From positions 1-64,000 of the IMG/VR virus record IMGVR_UViG_3300030613_000008: a stretch of 64,000 nt of DNA, one strand, 5' to 3'. Under the pieces are notes generated by a model. The model did no database searches. It saw only the letters and a list, made by a program, of their open reading frames with translations, and was not told the origin of the DNA. A program made the position numbers and the translations under genes. The stretch is from a virus (Duplodnaviria; Caudoviricetes). Numbering within the stretch: position 1 is the first letter of the stretch; every line of letters starts with the position of its first letter. This document shows positions 17,371-27,605 of this stretch, in pieces.

Positions 17371-18210
17371 ATGAAGAACTACAACAGCAACTTAGCCATC
17401 GCCGAACGCGCGCTTGGGTTCGTTCAGACCGTCACGGGTGTGGTCCCGGTAGCCGCTCCTACCGTCGTGACGCAGGGCACGGACTGTCGGCACCTGTCAT
17501 CGGTCATCGTGCGCTTCACGGCTTCACAGGCGTCCGCGCTCAACTGTCGTGTCGAGGTCATCCCGTGGCTGTGGGGTCAGACGAGGACCGGAGTCGGTGC
17601 CGTGGCCGCGCTCGGGTGGACGTCGCTTCCTCCGATTCTGGTCGACTGCCTTGTAGGTGGACCGCTCGGTCAGGTGTTCGAGGTCAACTGCGAATCCGGG
17701 GACCGCATCTACTTGCAGATGACGGCGACCAACGCGGCGCTCGTCTCAGGCAACGCGGAACTCTTCGCGGGTCTGTACCGTGTCGAGATTCAGCCGGTCA
17801 AGATTCAAGGCTTCGTGAATGACATCGTCGCGGCGATGGAGCAGGGCAAGACTCCCGACTTCGTCCAGGTCGCAGCGGTCGTCAACGGCGTCGACAACAC
17901 CTACGACTACTACATCTCGCGGCGGTTCGGTAACCAGTCGACGGGCTTCCAATTCGTGCTCGGTAACGGCTCGGGTGCGGTGACGGCGACCATCGCGGCG
18001 ACCATGCAGGATGACGGGACGGCCCCGGCCGGATGCGTCTATCAGGACGTGACGGTGGCGCTCACTGGCGCGACCCCGGTTGCGGCCCCCGGTGGAACCT
18101 ACTTCAACGCGAACCTGCTTGCCGTGGCGAGGTACATCCGGGTCAGGGTCGTTGCTGCAACGGGTGGCGCGAACGACGGCGACTGGAATATCCAGTACCG
18201 TAGCGCCTAG
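17371..18210 (+). CDS. Putative virion protein (beta-sandwich-like)
   Basis: Composition and position. Confidence 0.55.
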   Translation: MKNYNSNLAIAERALGFVQTVTGVVPVAAPTVVTQGTDCRHLSSVIVRFTASQASALNCRVEVIPWLWGQTRTGVGAVAALGWTSLPPILVDCLVGGPLGQVFEVNCESGDRIYLQMTATNAALVSGNAELFAGLYRVEIQPVKIQGFVNDIVAAMEQGKTPDFVQVAAVVNGVDNTYDYYISRRFGNQSTGFQFVLGNGSGAVTATIAATMQDDGTAPAGCVYQDVTVALTGATPVAAPGGTYFNANLLAVARYIRVRVVAATGGANDGDWNIQYRSA

Positions 18211-18213
18211 GTC

Positions 18214-19221
18214 ATGCCCGCCGTCCGCCTCACGTTCGACGTACCGAGCCCGGACGTGCTCTACGCGGCCGGGTGGACCCGCATCAAGGTACAGCGCAGC
18301 ATCGATGTCGGGGTGACGTGGACCGAAGTCTCGCGGTCAACCACGCGCGTTCCGTTGCGTGACGTCGTTGAACGCTACCACTACAGCGATGCGAACGGCG
18401 CGACCACGTACCTGTACCGAGCGGTCTACTACAATCCGGTGACGCTCGCCGATAACCCTATCCCGCTGTCCATCACGGACATTCAGTTGGACGGGTACGC
18501 GACGGTAGCCGAGATTCGCGCGGAGGGCGTGACCGTTGCGGACGCCTCGGATGCTCGGGTCACGGTGGCGATCGATTGGGCCACGCGGTACATCGAGCGC
18601 GCGACGAAGCGAGCGTTCGGCCCTCGGTTCGCCATTCAGCGGTTCGACGTGCCGCTGACCTCGGATACGCTGCTACTCCCCGAGCCATTGATTGCCTTGC
18701 TGTACATGGACGCGGGCGGTTTCGAGGTGGACCTCACGACGTTGGAGGTCTACAACCGACATCTTCGAGGCGGCGAGATGTGCGACCTGTCCGCGCCGCA
18801 ACTCAAGATTTCAGACGACTTGGACAGCGACATCTACTTCCGGCTGTGGTACGGCACATGCACTTTCGAGAAGGGTTCGCAAGCCGCGACCATCTACGGG
18901 ATTTGGGGATACAGCGAACCGACCCGTGGTGCCATCGGTGGCGAGACGAGCGACGGGAGTCAGGTGCCGCTCGATTACGGCGTAGTGCCTCCGCTCATCA
19001 ATTGGGCGTGCCGGGCGTTGGTGTTGCAACACCTCTTCCCGATGTACACGGCCGATGACTTGGCAGCGCGAGCGAACCAAATCACGTCGCTACGCACGCG
19101 CGACCAGTCAGTCACATACTCCGACACGTCCGCTGCGGCAAGCTCCGGGTGGGCGGGAAGCGATGCGGTACAGGAAGTGCTCGCGGGGTACGGGAAGCAC
19201 ATAGCGTTCGGGAGTCCGTAA
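18214..19221 (+). CDS. Head-tail adaptor
   Basis: YATVAEIRAEGV...ATRYIERATKRAF...GIWGY...PPLINWAC...TRDQSVTY. Confidence 0.75.
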   Translation: MPAVRLTFDVPSPDVLYAAGWTRIKVQRSIDVGVTWTEVSRSTTRVPLRDVVERYHYSDANGATTYLYRAVYYNPVTLADNPIPLSITDIQLDGYATVAEIRAEGVTVADASDARVTVAIDWATRYIERATKRAFGPRFAIQRFDVPLTSDTLLLPEPLIALLYMDAGGFEVDLTTLEVYNRHLRGGEMCDLSAPQLKISDDLDSDIYFRLWYGTCTFEKGSQAATIYGIWGYSEPTRGAIGGETSDGSQVPLDYGVVPPLINWACRALVLQHLFPMYTADDLAARANQITSLRTRDQSVTYSDTSAAASSGWAGSDAVQEVLAGYGKHIAFGSP

Positions 19222-19231
19222 TGGATAGAAC

Positions 19232-21061
19232 ATGACCGTAGCCGCATACGGGACAGACCTCCAAGAAGTAAGCTACGCCGAATCTACGACCAACTGGTCC
19301 GAGATGACTGGTCGGACAAGCGGCGGTGCGGCTACTCAGGAAGACCGGGCCTATATCCAAGGGTCGTACTGCGTGTCGCAGTCGACTGGTGCTGCCTCTG
19401 GTAGAACCGTTGGGTTGCAATTCGACTACCTCAGCAACATCAGTTGGACATCTGGATTCGTATTCTCGGCGTGGCAGTATTGGCAGGCTCCCAAAGCCAT
19501 CGGTGTTTGGGCAGATGGAGGTATGAGGTTCGGAGTCGGTTCAAGCGCCGGGAACGTGAAACTGTGGAACGCGCAGGGAAACAATGCCGGTCGAAATCCA
19601 TACGGTGGTTGGGCCAACGTCGCGATCGATCCGACGTATGCCTATGACGAATTGGTCGGTACACCCGTGGACGGAAACTACCGCATCTTCTGCTCCGCAC
19701 CTTATATGTTGTCTGCGGTCAGCAAGGGGAACCCGCACTGCGTGGACGCCATTCGCTACGGGCGTGGACTACTGAAGATTGAGTACGGCGAGACGGGAAA
19801 CTATGGGACGTTCGCTGGAATGGCGACTGCAAACGATGCTGACTTGGCACGGTGGGGCCTGTTCAGTTTGCAGATGGGAACCTATTTGTGGAAGGGCTTG
19901 ATGTCCGTAGGAACGGCCAGCAACGCCGTGACCTTCATCGATTCCAACCGGTCCATCGTGATAGACGATTGTCCTCGAACGTATCTGGCGTTCAACAGGA
20001 TTGAGATCAGGCACGCCAGTTCCATAGTGGAGTGGAGCAACATCAGTTTCAAGGCGCTCGGCACGCTTTCACCTGGTCAACTTGAAGTCGTCGACAACGC
20101 CTCTGTCTCGATGGACGGATGTTTGTTCACGGACATGGGCGTTTTTACATTTCGATTGGCCAGCGCGATAACGAACTGCATCTTCCAGGGTTGCAAGCTC
20201 GTCACTAGCGGCGGTGGACATTTTGCAGGAACCAAGATTCTCGCATCGACCGTTGCCGCTGACGCCTCTGCCCTCGGATGGAACGTAGCGACGGACCCGG
20301 ATGGCTACCTCGACGACATGACGTTCAGCAAGGGTACGAACGCGCACCACGCCATCGAGTTTGGACTTGATAGCCCAACGGCCATCACGCTGAACGGCTG
20401 GACGACCACGGGGTTTAGTGCCTCGAATGAACAGAACAATTCCACGTTCTACATCGCGAGAACGACGGGGCTCGTAACCATTAACGTCGTCGGTGGCACC
20501 GGCAATTTCTCGTACAAGAGTGCGGGAGCGGACGTGGATATCGTGTTGGATACCGTGACCACGCAGGTGACCTGTCTCGACTCCACGACTCTGACGGCCA
20601 TCGAGGGTGCGGCTGTCACGTTGATGGCCAACGGCGCGGGAGCTTTCCCGTACAACGATTCCGTGACGATTACGCGCACGGACTCGACGGCGTACGTGGC
20701 GCACGTCGGGCACGGTCTGGTTACTGGCAACAAGGTGAAGATTTCTGGCGCGAATCAGAATGAGTACAACCGAATCAAGACAATTACCGTTACCAGCGTG
20801 GACGAGTATACTTATCCGGTGAGTGGAACTCCGACAACCCCGGCCACGGGCACGATCGTTTCGACGGCCGTGTTCATCGATGAGGAAACGCCAGGATCTG
20901 GCATCGTCAGTGATTCACGGGTATTCTCCGACTCTCAGGCGGTGACTGGATACGCGGCGAAGGGGACAACCTCTCCGCTTTACCAGAGAACGCCGTTGAG
21001 TGGAACGATAGACAGTGTGGATGGACTGTCGATTACTGCTATCATGATTTCGGACGAGTGA
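19232..21061 (+). CDS. Large virion protein with beta-helix segment and inserted FCCH-like beta barrel
   Basis: DGCLFTDMG...ITNCIFQGC repeats; HVGHGLVTGNKVKISGANQNEYN. Confidence 0.6.
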   Translation: MTVAAYGTDLQEVSYAESTTNWSEMTGRTSGGAATQEDRAYIQGSYCVSQSTGAASGRTVGLQFDYLSNISWTSGFVFSAWQYWQAPKAIGVWADGGMRFGVGSSAGNVKLWNAQGNNAGRNPYGGWANVAIDPTYAYDELVGTPVDGNYRIFCSAPYMLSAVSKGNPHCVDAIRYGRGLLKIEYGETGNYGTFAGMATANDADLARWGLFSLQMGTYLWKGLMSVGTASNAVTFIDSNRSIVIDDCPRTYLAFNRIEIRHASSIVEWSNISFKALGTLSPGQLEVVDNASVSMDGCLFTDMGVFTFRLASAITNCIFQGCKLVTSGGGHFAGTKILASTVAADASALGWNVATDPDGYLDDMTFSKGTNAHHAIEFGLDSPTAITLNGWTTTGFSASNEQNNSTFYIARTTGLVTINVVGGTGNFSYKSAGADVDIVLDTVTTQVTCLDSTTLTAIEGAAVTLMANGAGAFPYNDSVTITRTDSTAYVAHVGHGLVTGNKVKISGANQNEYNRIKTITVTSVDEYTYPVSGTPTTPATGTIVSTAVFIDEETPGSGIVSDSRVFSDSQAVTGYAAKGTTSPLYQRTPLSGTIDSVDGLSITAIMISDE

Positions 21062-21079
21062 CGTCCAGAGGAGGGTGCT

Positions 21080-23488
21080 ATGAGCTACGCGCAGTATTTC
21101 GTGGTGGACTACGACAACGAGGCCAGCGGCCCGTTCGTAGCAGAGGGTGTCAACCTGACATGGGATACCGGGGCGAGCGTCGGGTTCATCGTCACGGCGG
21201 TTGACGAGGGACTGACTGGGAAACTCTATTGCGGCCTCATCTCGGGGTCGATTCCCACCGATAACGACGTGCTGACGCAGGGGTCTGTCACTGCCGACGC
21301 TTTCGGCGATGCAGCTCCTATCAACTACCCGGCGTACTTCCGGCAAGATGCGGCGGTTGCCTCCGGTGGAGCGATCACATGGACCGGGCCTGCTGTGGGA
21401 ACAACTCACAGTTTCAAATTTGATGGACAGACGGGGAACGTCACCGCTGGTGACATCCTGACATTCTCACCCGGTGGAGAGACGGCCGAAGTCATCACGG
21501 TTGAGAGCGACGTCGGGGCGACTGGTGAACTCAGCGTTCGTTTCATCAGCAACCTCGACGAGGGTCTGCCCGACGACAACGACACGTTCAGCAACGGTGC
21601 CACCGGAGACGGTGTGGTCAACGGCCTCGTCCATCAGCGGGCCTACTCGCCGCTGCACCTGCACCGGATGCTGGCAGATCTGAACGATGATGAGGACATC
21701 ACATCCGACGACGACCTGAGCCGGGTGGACCCCACGCCGTCTACGCGGTCCACCGACGAAATCGTTTCATTGCTCGGGACCGTCGCAATCGATACCACCG
21801 TCATGAAGCACCTGTACGGCGGTTCGATTTCCCAGGATGGTGGGGCCGTGCTGTTCTCGGGCATCAACGTCCAGGTCACGTCGCCCAACGCCGATACGCA
21901 ACCGGTCCTCGTCCAGAACGACGTGATCGTCACGGACTACTGGAAGAACGCTTTCATGCCCGACAGCATCAAGGGCAACGTGCGGGTCATGTTGCAGACG
22001 CGCAAGGACGGCGTGGACATCGACGGTCGGCGCGTCAAGGGCAAGCTCCTGGAGTTCGGGCACAGCTACTTCACGGGGTCTACGACGCTCGGCGAGGCCG
22101 CAACCGCGCTCGCGTTGTTCAGCACCGTGGACGGCAACAACACGACACTGGTCGGAACCGTCGCCGGGGCTCCGTACAATACCATCGTTGTCACCGAGGG
22201 CTACCAACTCCTGAACTACAACAACGGTGCCGGTGACAAGCCGTATGGGTTGAGCGTTGATTTCGGGAGCGCGAGCAGCAAGCAGTGCTATGAGCGGACG
22301 AAGTACATCCAGCGGCGCGGCACGGCAGAGACGTTGTTCGGCCGCGATGCCACCTACTTCGACGGCATCAACCTGAACTTTGCCTATGACGGCGAGAGCG
22401 GTGCCTTTGCCGAAGATGAAAAAGTCTTCTGGGGAACGGTCGTCACGTACACCGGGCAGACGGTCAATTTCACCGTCGGCGAGGTGATCGAATTCAGCGG
22501 TGGGTCGTTCGGGCGTTTGCTCTACCAGAACGATGCAGGGGCAACTGGCACGCTGGTTCTCGACTTCGGCGGCAACGCGCTTCCCGTGACGACAGAGACG
22601 ATGACAGGTCTCGACTCAGGTGGTGACGGGACCGTCGGTACCGTCGGGGCCAACACCGCAGCAGGTTCGGGTACGCTAATTGCCTTGAAGGACGATGGGG
22701 CGACTGGATACCTGTACCTCTCGCGTTTGACTGGCGTGCTTCCTGTCAACAACTCTGAGATCTACGGTGGGACGTCGAATGCGACGTGCCTGGTCAACGG
22801 CACGCCACAGAACCGCACGATCAATAACCAGTTCGTTGGCGTCTACACCGGTGCCAACTACCAGACCAACTTTGGTCTTGGCATTGACCCGTCGGACGCC
22901 ATCGTCGGCGACAAGTTCCCGGACCTCTTGGGAGGCACGCAGGAACCACCGAACAACCAGCAGGGTCAGGTTACCGGACTCAAGAAGTACGACACCGTCA
23001 TGGTGTACCCGTGGGACGGCAGTTCTCTGGACGTGAATGGAGACGCCGAGCCGGACTTCAACGAGATGGTACTGGAGGTGGCGCTCGTCGGCGGTGTGAC
23101 CACGACGGTCGATGTCGGAACCGGCAACATCCCCGAAAACACCCCGGCCGCTGGGTTCCTGCGCATACAGCGCGACTCCGACGACAACCTCGATTTGGTC
23201 GCATACAGCGCGCACAACAACGACGATGTGTTCACACTCGTGGGTACGGCTCCCCACAACGCCGACATCGGAAACTCGGTCATGCGGGCGTTGCTCGACA
23301 ATGAGATGGCAGCCGACGGCACGGCGTCGTACACAGCGGTCAAGGGCACAAGCAGTACGCAGGTCGCCATTACGGTCAAGAACGGCTACAGCGCAGTGCG
23401 GAGCGGGCCGATCAAGCCCTTCAAGTCGGCCGCCACGTTTGGAGCCACCGGATTCTCCGTTGGGGCGGTGCGGACGTCCGACGCATAG
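21080..23488 (+). CDS. Large acidic virion protein with repeated small beta barrels
   Basis: Repeats of YDxE/QTGxFxxGE...G.L...LP.DN(E/D).I.G. Confidence 0.6.
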   Translation: MSYAQYFVVDYDNEASGPFVAEGVNLTWDTGASVGFIVTAVDEGLTGKLYCGLISGSIPTDNDVLTQGSVTADAFGDAAPINYPAYFRQDAAVASGGAITWTGPAVGTTHSFKFDGQTGNVTAGDILTFSPGGETAEVITVESDVGATGELSVRFISNLDEGLPDDNDTFSNGATGDGVVNGLVHQRAYSPLHLHRMLADLNDDEDITSDDDLSRVDPTPSTRSTDEIVSLLGTVAIDTTVMKHLYGGSISQDGGAVLFSGINVQVTSPNADTQPVLVQNDVIVTDYWKNAFMPDSIKGNVRVMLQTRKDGVDIDGRRVKGKLLEFGHSYFTGSTTLGEAATALALFSTVDGNNTTLVGTVAGAPYNTIVVTEGYQLLNYNNGAGDKPYGLSVDFGSASSKQCYERTKYIQRRGTAETLFGRDATYFDGINLNFAYDGESGAFAEDEKVFWGTVVTYTGQTVNFTVGEVIEFSGGSFGRLLYQNDAGATGTLVLDFGGNALPVTTETMTGLDSGGDGTVGTVGANTAAGSGTLIALKDDGATGYLYLSRLTGVLPVNNSEIYGGTSNATCLVNGTPQNRTINNQFVGVYTGANYQTNFGLGIDPSDAIVGDKFPDLLGGTQEPPNNQQGQVTGLKKYDTVMVYPWDGSSLDVNGDAEPDFNEMVLEVALVGGVTTTVDVGTGNIPENTPAAGFLRIQRDSDDNLDLVAYSAHNNDDVFTLVGTAPHNADIGNSVMRALLDNEMAADGTASYTAVKGTSSTQVAITVKNGYSAVRSGPIKPFKSAATFGATGFSVGAVRTSDA

Positions 23489-23500
23489 CGGAGGCGGTCC

Positions 23501-24469
23501 ATGACGATCTCGGTGGACTGGGCGCAGACCAAGGTCATCTTCATTCCGAAGGCTGACATGGTCGAACTCCATCCGCCGCCGCATGAGGTTCGAGAACTCG
23601 ACCTCAACGCTTTTCGTCTCACGCTGCGCGACCTCGAAGAAGATCCAGACGGCCGACCGTGGCCGATGACCCATAGTCACAACACGGAGGAGTCTCTTGG
23701 AGGACTGCTCTTTGCCAGGCAGGTAAAGATTCTGGCGCCCTACACTGTCACGTTCGAGGATGGCCAGTACCGGGTCAACGCCGTTGGGGCGAACTCGAAC
23801 ATCGCTGACGTCCAGAACTTCAATCAGGTTTCCGTGAGCACGTTCAACTCGGCCGGACTCGTCGTCGTTTCCGGTGGCGGCAGTTCGATCACGAAGCAGG
23901 ACGTGCGGGATGCTGCGGCGCTCGCGCTATCACCGGGAATTATCCCGGAGGTGGGTTCTCAGGATGCGTGCCTGGACAGCATAGCGTCGGCCGTGATGGT
24001 GTTGAACGACGTATCGGCAGAGCAGGTACGAGAGCAAGTGGACGCTGGTCTGGTGGCCTACGACGCGACTGTTCCGGCCGATCTCGCTTCTCTCCCTGAA
24101 GAGACTGCCGACGCAGTTTGGGATCACCACGGAAGCGAAGAGACCGTGCTCGAAATACTGCATCAAATCAGCACGGACGCTGCCGCTGCGGTTGTACATG
24201 CGGAAGCCGCCGTGGACGCAGCCGAGGTTGCTGCGATTGCTGCCGGTGTCGCTGCGGAAAACGTCATCATCAACACTGAAAGGATCGAAGCTGTCGCCAC
24301 TGACGTGACGGTCATCCGCAAGATTGAAGAGGGCGATTGGGAGCAGGTCGGGAACCAACTCATCTACTACGACACGGACGGAACGACACCGATCGAGGTG
24401 TGGGACTTGTTCGACGCGGCTGGGAACCCGTCAATGATTAACGTCGTCAAGCGGGTGCGGCATGTCTAG
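23501..24469 (+). CDS. Putative structural protein
   Basis: MTISVDW...YTVTFEDGQY...GANSNIADV; C-terminal QLIYYDTDGTTP. Confidence 0.6.
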   Translation: MTISVDWAQTKVIFIPKADMVELHPPPHEVRELDLNAFRLTLRDLEEDPDGRPWPMTHSHNTEESLGGLLFARQVKILAPYTVTFEDGQYRVNAVGANSNIADVQNFNQVSVSTFNSAGLVVVSGGGSSITKQDVRDAAALALSPGIIPEVGSQDACLDSIASAVMVLNDVSAEQVREQVDAGLVAYDATVPADLASLPEETADAVWDHHGSEETVLEILHQISTDAAAAVVHAEAAVDAAEVAAIAAGVAAENVIINTERIEAVATDVTVIRKIEEGDWEQVGNQLIYYDTDGTTPIEVWDLFDAAGNPSMINVVKRVRHV

Positions 24470-24650
24470 CCTCATCACACGCGGGCTCGGAATTCCGAGC
24501 AACCTTATCACACAGGGGTTTGGGCCGTCCGGTCCCGGCCCGTCTCCGGTAGTACACGAACTACCGAAGGTGAAGAGGCGCAAGTTTAATCGTTCCATGA
24601 TTGGCGTTGTGGGGTGGCCGCGACCGCCGACACCGCGCTCTAGCGTTTGA
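24462..24650 (+). CDS. Small protein with LITxG(L/F)G duplication
   Basis: Overlapping start; SLITRGLG/NLITQGFG. Confidence 0.5.
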   Translation: MSSLITRGLGIPSNLITQGFGPSGPGPSPVVHELPKVKRRKFNRSMIGVVGWPRPPTPRSSV

Positions 24651-24698
24651 GGGTGAGACGCGACACATGGTAAAGTGATTTTGAACAACGGAGACAAC

Positions 24699-25145
24699 AT
24701 GCCCGAAGAGAAAACACCCGAAGTCGTCGAAACAAGCGTGGACAATCTGATTGACCGCGCATCGAAGCTGAAAAAGGCAGGGCTTCCCACGGCGGCGATT
24801 GTCCTTATTGCGGCGATGGGGTTCCCCGGCTTTTGGGAGTTTTTCGACCGCACTGACGAAGAGGCCAAGGTCAACGCCGAAGTGGCGTACCAGCTTTTGA
24901 AGGCGCAATCGGAAGCGCAGACGAAGCAACTAGCAGACTACCGCGCCGAGATGAACGACTTGCGCGCCGTCATCAACTCCATGCTGCTACAGCGCCCAGT
25001 CGTTGGCATCACACCGCGAAGTCTACCGGAGGTCATACCGTCGCCGCGCGCTGTCCAGTTGCCGGAGAACTTGGAGAACGCAGAGAACACGGCCATTGGC
25101 AAGGCCGCGATGGCCGGTGTCGGTCGAGACGACAACACCATGTGA
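24699..25145 (+). CDS. Single-TM coiled-coil protein
   Basis: GGAG SD; AAIVLIAAMGFPGFW hydrophobic helix. Confidence 0.55.
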   Translation: MPEEKTPEVVETSVDNLIDRASKLKKAGLPTAAIVLIAAMGFPGFWEFFDRTDEEAKVNAEVAYQLLKAQSEAQTKQLADYRAEMNDLRAVINSMLLQRPVVGITPRSLPEVIPSPRAVQLPENLENAENTAIGKAAMAGVGRDDNTM

Positions 25146-25953
25146 GATTGACTTGGGCAACCTCATCATACCGTTTCTTGCTGACATCCGGCGCGTGTGG
25201 ACGGGCGCGATGGCGGCGGCGAGCGTGGCGAGCAGCACGATCGAGACGTGGGATTTCTCGGCGGCGGCGTCTACGACCTTGACCATCGTGGTCAACGGCG
25301 GGGCGGTCCAGACGGTCACGATTTTGAGAAGCGGGTTCGCGGTGCCGACGGCTGCGACGGCCGTTGAGGTTGCGGCCCAAATCGACACGGGATTGACGGG
25401 CGGTGGGTCGTACGCCTTGACGGACGGCGCGGTGGCAATCGAGGCGGACCCTGCAACGCCCACCTCCCGCGTCCAGGTGACCGGTGGAACGGCGAACGCC
25501 ATCCTGGCCTTCCCCACGGCCCTGGAAACCCAAGCGGGCTACAACGACCTGCTAGGGGGCGTGCGTGCGGTGGCGAATACGACACAAACCGGGGTGCAAG
25601 GTCGGCGCGAGCACGCGGTAGTCACGGTTCGTTGCCAGATAGACCGCTCGCGGTGGGGTGAGCAAGACATGTCGGCGGGCGGCGTCAACGAAGTCGCCGA
25701 GTTGGTGCTCACGCTGGATATGCGGGAGCTCGAACGGCGGGGCCTCACGCGGGCAGACGGCGCACCTCGATTCAACCGAGGCGATCGGCTAGAGCGCATC
25801 CGCACGATTCGCAACGTATCCGTCGAGGCGTTCCCCGACCCGCAAGGCGTGCGAGTCGAGAAGGTCGAGCGCGCTGGCCACGGGCTGTCGTTGACGAACC
25901 CACGGCCGAACCTCGTGTACCTGCATTGCGCGCGTGACAGGGTGACACCATGA
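25117..25953 (+). CDS. Head-closure/stopper-like protein with inserted QVTGGTAN module (start uncertain)
   Basis: NLIIPFLADI...VRCQID...ELVLTL.MRELERRGL...RGDRL. Position precedes the tail completion gene. Confidence 0.6.
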   Translation: MSVETTTPCEIDLGNLIIPFLADIRRVWTGAMAAASVASSTIETWDFSAAASTTLTIVVNGGAVQTVTILRSGFAVPTAATAVEVAAQIDTGLTGGGSYALTDGAVAIEADPATPTSRVQVTGGTANAILAFPTALETQAGYNDLLGGVRAVANTTQTGVQGRREHAVVTVRCQIDRSRWGEQDMSAGGVNEVAELVLTLDMRELERRGLTRADGAPRFNRGDRLERIRTIRNVSVEAFPDPQGVRVEKVERAGHGLSLTNPRPNLVYLHCARDRVTP

Positions 25954-26564
25954 CGGCGCTCAAGATTTACGGCATGTCCGAGGCGGAACGCATGACGGCG
26001 GGCATGGCGAAGAAAATGGACAAGGCCGTCAATACGGCCATCGCGCAAGAGGCGCAACTTCTGCGGTCCATGATAGTCGAGGGGCTTCGCGACCAAGCGC
26101 CGGGAGGCAGCAAGATTCTCCCGCTGTCGCCGATGACGATTGCCATGCGGAAGTTGCCGCGCAAGGGTGCGAAAAGCGGACGTCGTGGAAGCACAAAGGC
26201 GCTCATCAACAACGGCGATTTGATTGGAAGTGTCAACGCGAAACGGCAGCAACCGGCATGGTGGACGGTCGGCGTGCATCGTGAGGCGCGCTCAACAAAT
26301 GGAGCGAGCCTTGCGAACATCGCAGCGATCCAAGAGCAAGGGACGCGAGCGTACAAGATAACGGTCACGCCGAAGATGCACCGCTTCTCGATTTTCCTCA
26401 TGATGCAAGGCGTTCTTCACGCGCCGTGGCCGGTGGGGAAGGTTCTCGTGTGCAAGATTCCGGCGCGTCCGTTCTTGGAGCCCGCCTACGTCGAATGGGG
26501 CGAAGAGGCGGAGAAGAGATTCCAGGGCCGCATTGATACGAGCCTCGGATTGAAGGCGTCATAG
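25950..26564 (+). CDS. Tail completion / virion morphogenesis protein
   Basis: PLSPMTIAMRK...KALINNGDLIGSV...IAAIQEQG...IPARPFLEPA. Confidence 0.8.
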   Translation: MTALKIYGMSEAERMTAGMAKKMDKAVNTAIAQEAQLLRSMIVEGLRDQAPGGSKILPLSPMTIAMRKLPRKGAKSGRRGSTKALINNGDLIGSVNAKRQQPAWWTVGVHREARSTNGASLANIAAIQEQGTRAYKITVTPKMHRFSIFLMMQGVLHAPWPVGKVLVCKIPARPFLEPAYVEWGEEAEKRFQGRIDTSLGLKAS

Positions 26565-27526
26565 TGACAGTCCCTACCCTCACTACTGTTTCCCCGTCCA
26601 CCGGCCCTACGATGGGGCGCAATCAGATTGCGTTGGCGGGAACCAACTTCCGCGTTGCCCCGGTGCCGCCCCCCGTCGGCTACACGAGCACGGACGAACA
26701 ACAGACCGTGGCGGTGTGGGTGAACGGGGTGCGGTGTTCCGAGGCGTTTGCTTCGAGCGCAACGACGGCCGTAGCGGAAGTCCCGGAATGGCGCGGGTCG
26801 CATAGCGCAACGACACCGTATGCCGTGGACGTCACACTCTCCAATCTCAGCGACCTAGGCGCAGTCATCGCGGGAGAGACGGTCACGAAGACCAACGGCT
26901 ACACATACGACCGCCCTTCGATGGTTGCCGTGACGCCGTTTCAGCGGGTCATTGAAGAGACGATAGCGTTGTTCCGGCGGCACGTTCTCCCGAACACGGG
27001 GTGGATAAGGTCGCGGGACTATGACGAATCGACAACGGACCACCTGGATTCAACGCAGCGCGCGACGTTGCCCATGATTCAGTTGGTTGGCCCGACACTC
27101 GCCGAGGCAAAGGATTGGGGCAACGTCACACCCACGGAAGAGACGGTAAGCTCAACCGAATGGCGGCGTCGGCAGCGCCAGAAGACGGTCCACCTCGTTT
27201 GGCAGTTGGACGGCTACACGAGCGACCGCAGCGACAACGAAGCCATCAACCTCGCAAACGCCGTGTCGGATTTCTTCACCATCGTCAAGTGGGTGCGCAT
27301 CCCGGCGGACCCGGCCGCGCCGACCGGCACGCAATGGAATCACGAGATGGAGATGACAGGCGCTCCGGCATTCGACGTGGCACCGCAAGGAGACGGGCTA
27401 CGACACTTCCGGGTTGAATTCGAGGTGCGCGGCGTTGACATGGGCGCTCAGGATTTGCCTGTCACGGAGACGGGTTGGACGGCATTCGACCCGGATGGGC
27501 CGACTGTCACGGCGGATGGATTGTAA
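26564..27526 (+). CDS. Tail terminator-like protein with N-terminal IPT/TIG domain
   Basis: PTLTTVSPSTGPTMGRNQIALAGTNF...GYTY; directly before the sheath. Confidence 0.65.
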   Translation: MTVPTLTTVSPSTGPTMGRNQIALAGTNFRVAPVPPPVGYTSTDEQQTVAVWVNGVRCSEAFASSATTAVAEVPEWRGSHSATTPYAVDVTLSNLSDLGAVIAGETVTKTNGYTYDRPSMVAVTPFQRVIEETIALFRRHVLPNTGWIRSRDYDESTTDHLDSTQRATLPMIQLVGPTLAEAKDWGNVTPTEETVSSTEWRRRQRQKTVHLVWQLDGYTSDRSDNEAINLANAVSDFFTIVKWVRIPADPAAPTGTQWNHEMEMTGAPAFDVAPQGDGLRHFRVEFEVRGVDMGAQDLPVTETGWTAFDPDGPTVTADGL

Positions 27527-27537
27527 CGGCGCGACCC

Positions 27538-27567
27538 TTCCCGATTTGCGGGTTGGCGTGCTACCGT
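27538..27567 (+). promoter_or_regulatory. Putative late promoter upstream of the sheath gene
   Basis: TTCCCG-N15-TGC-TACCGT (18-bp spacer) in an intergenic gap; GAAA hairpin before SD AGGAGG. Confidence 0.5.
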
Positions 27568-27605
27568 AAAAATGCGACGCGGAAACCGCGTAGGAGGCAG
27601 CGACA

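Noticed and set aside
18649-18679. Additional long-spacer promoter (GTGCCG...TGCTACTCC)
   Set aside because: It lacks the final T of the -10 and the TTG of the -35, and lies mid-gene.
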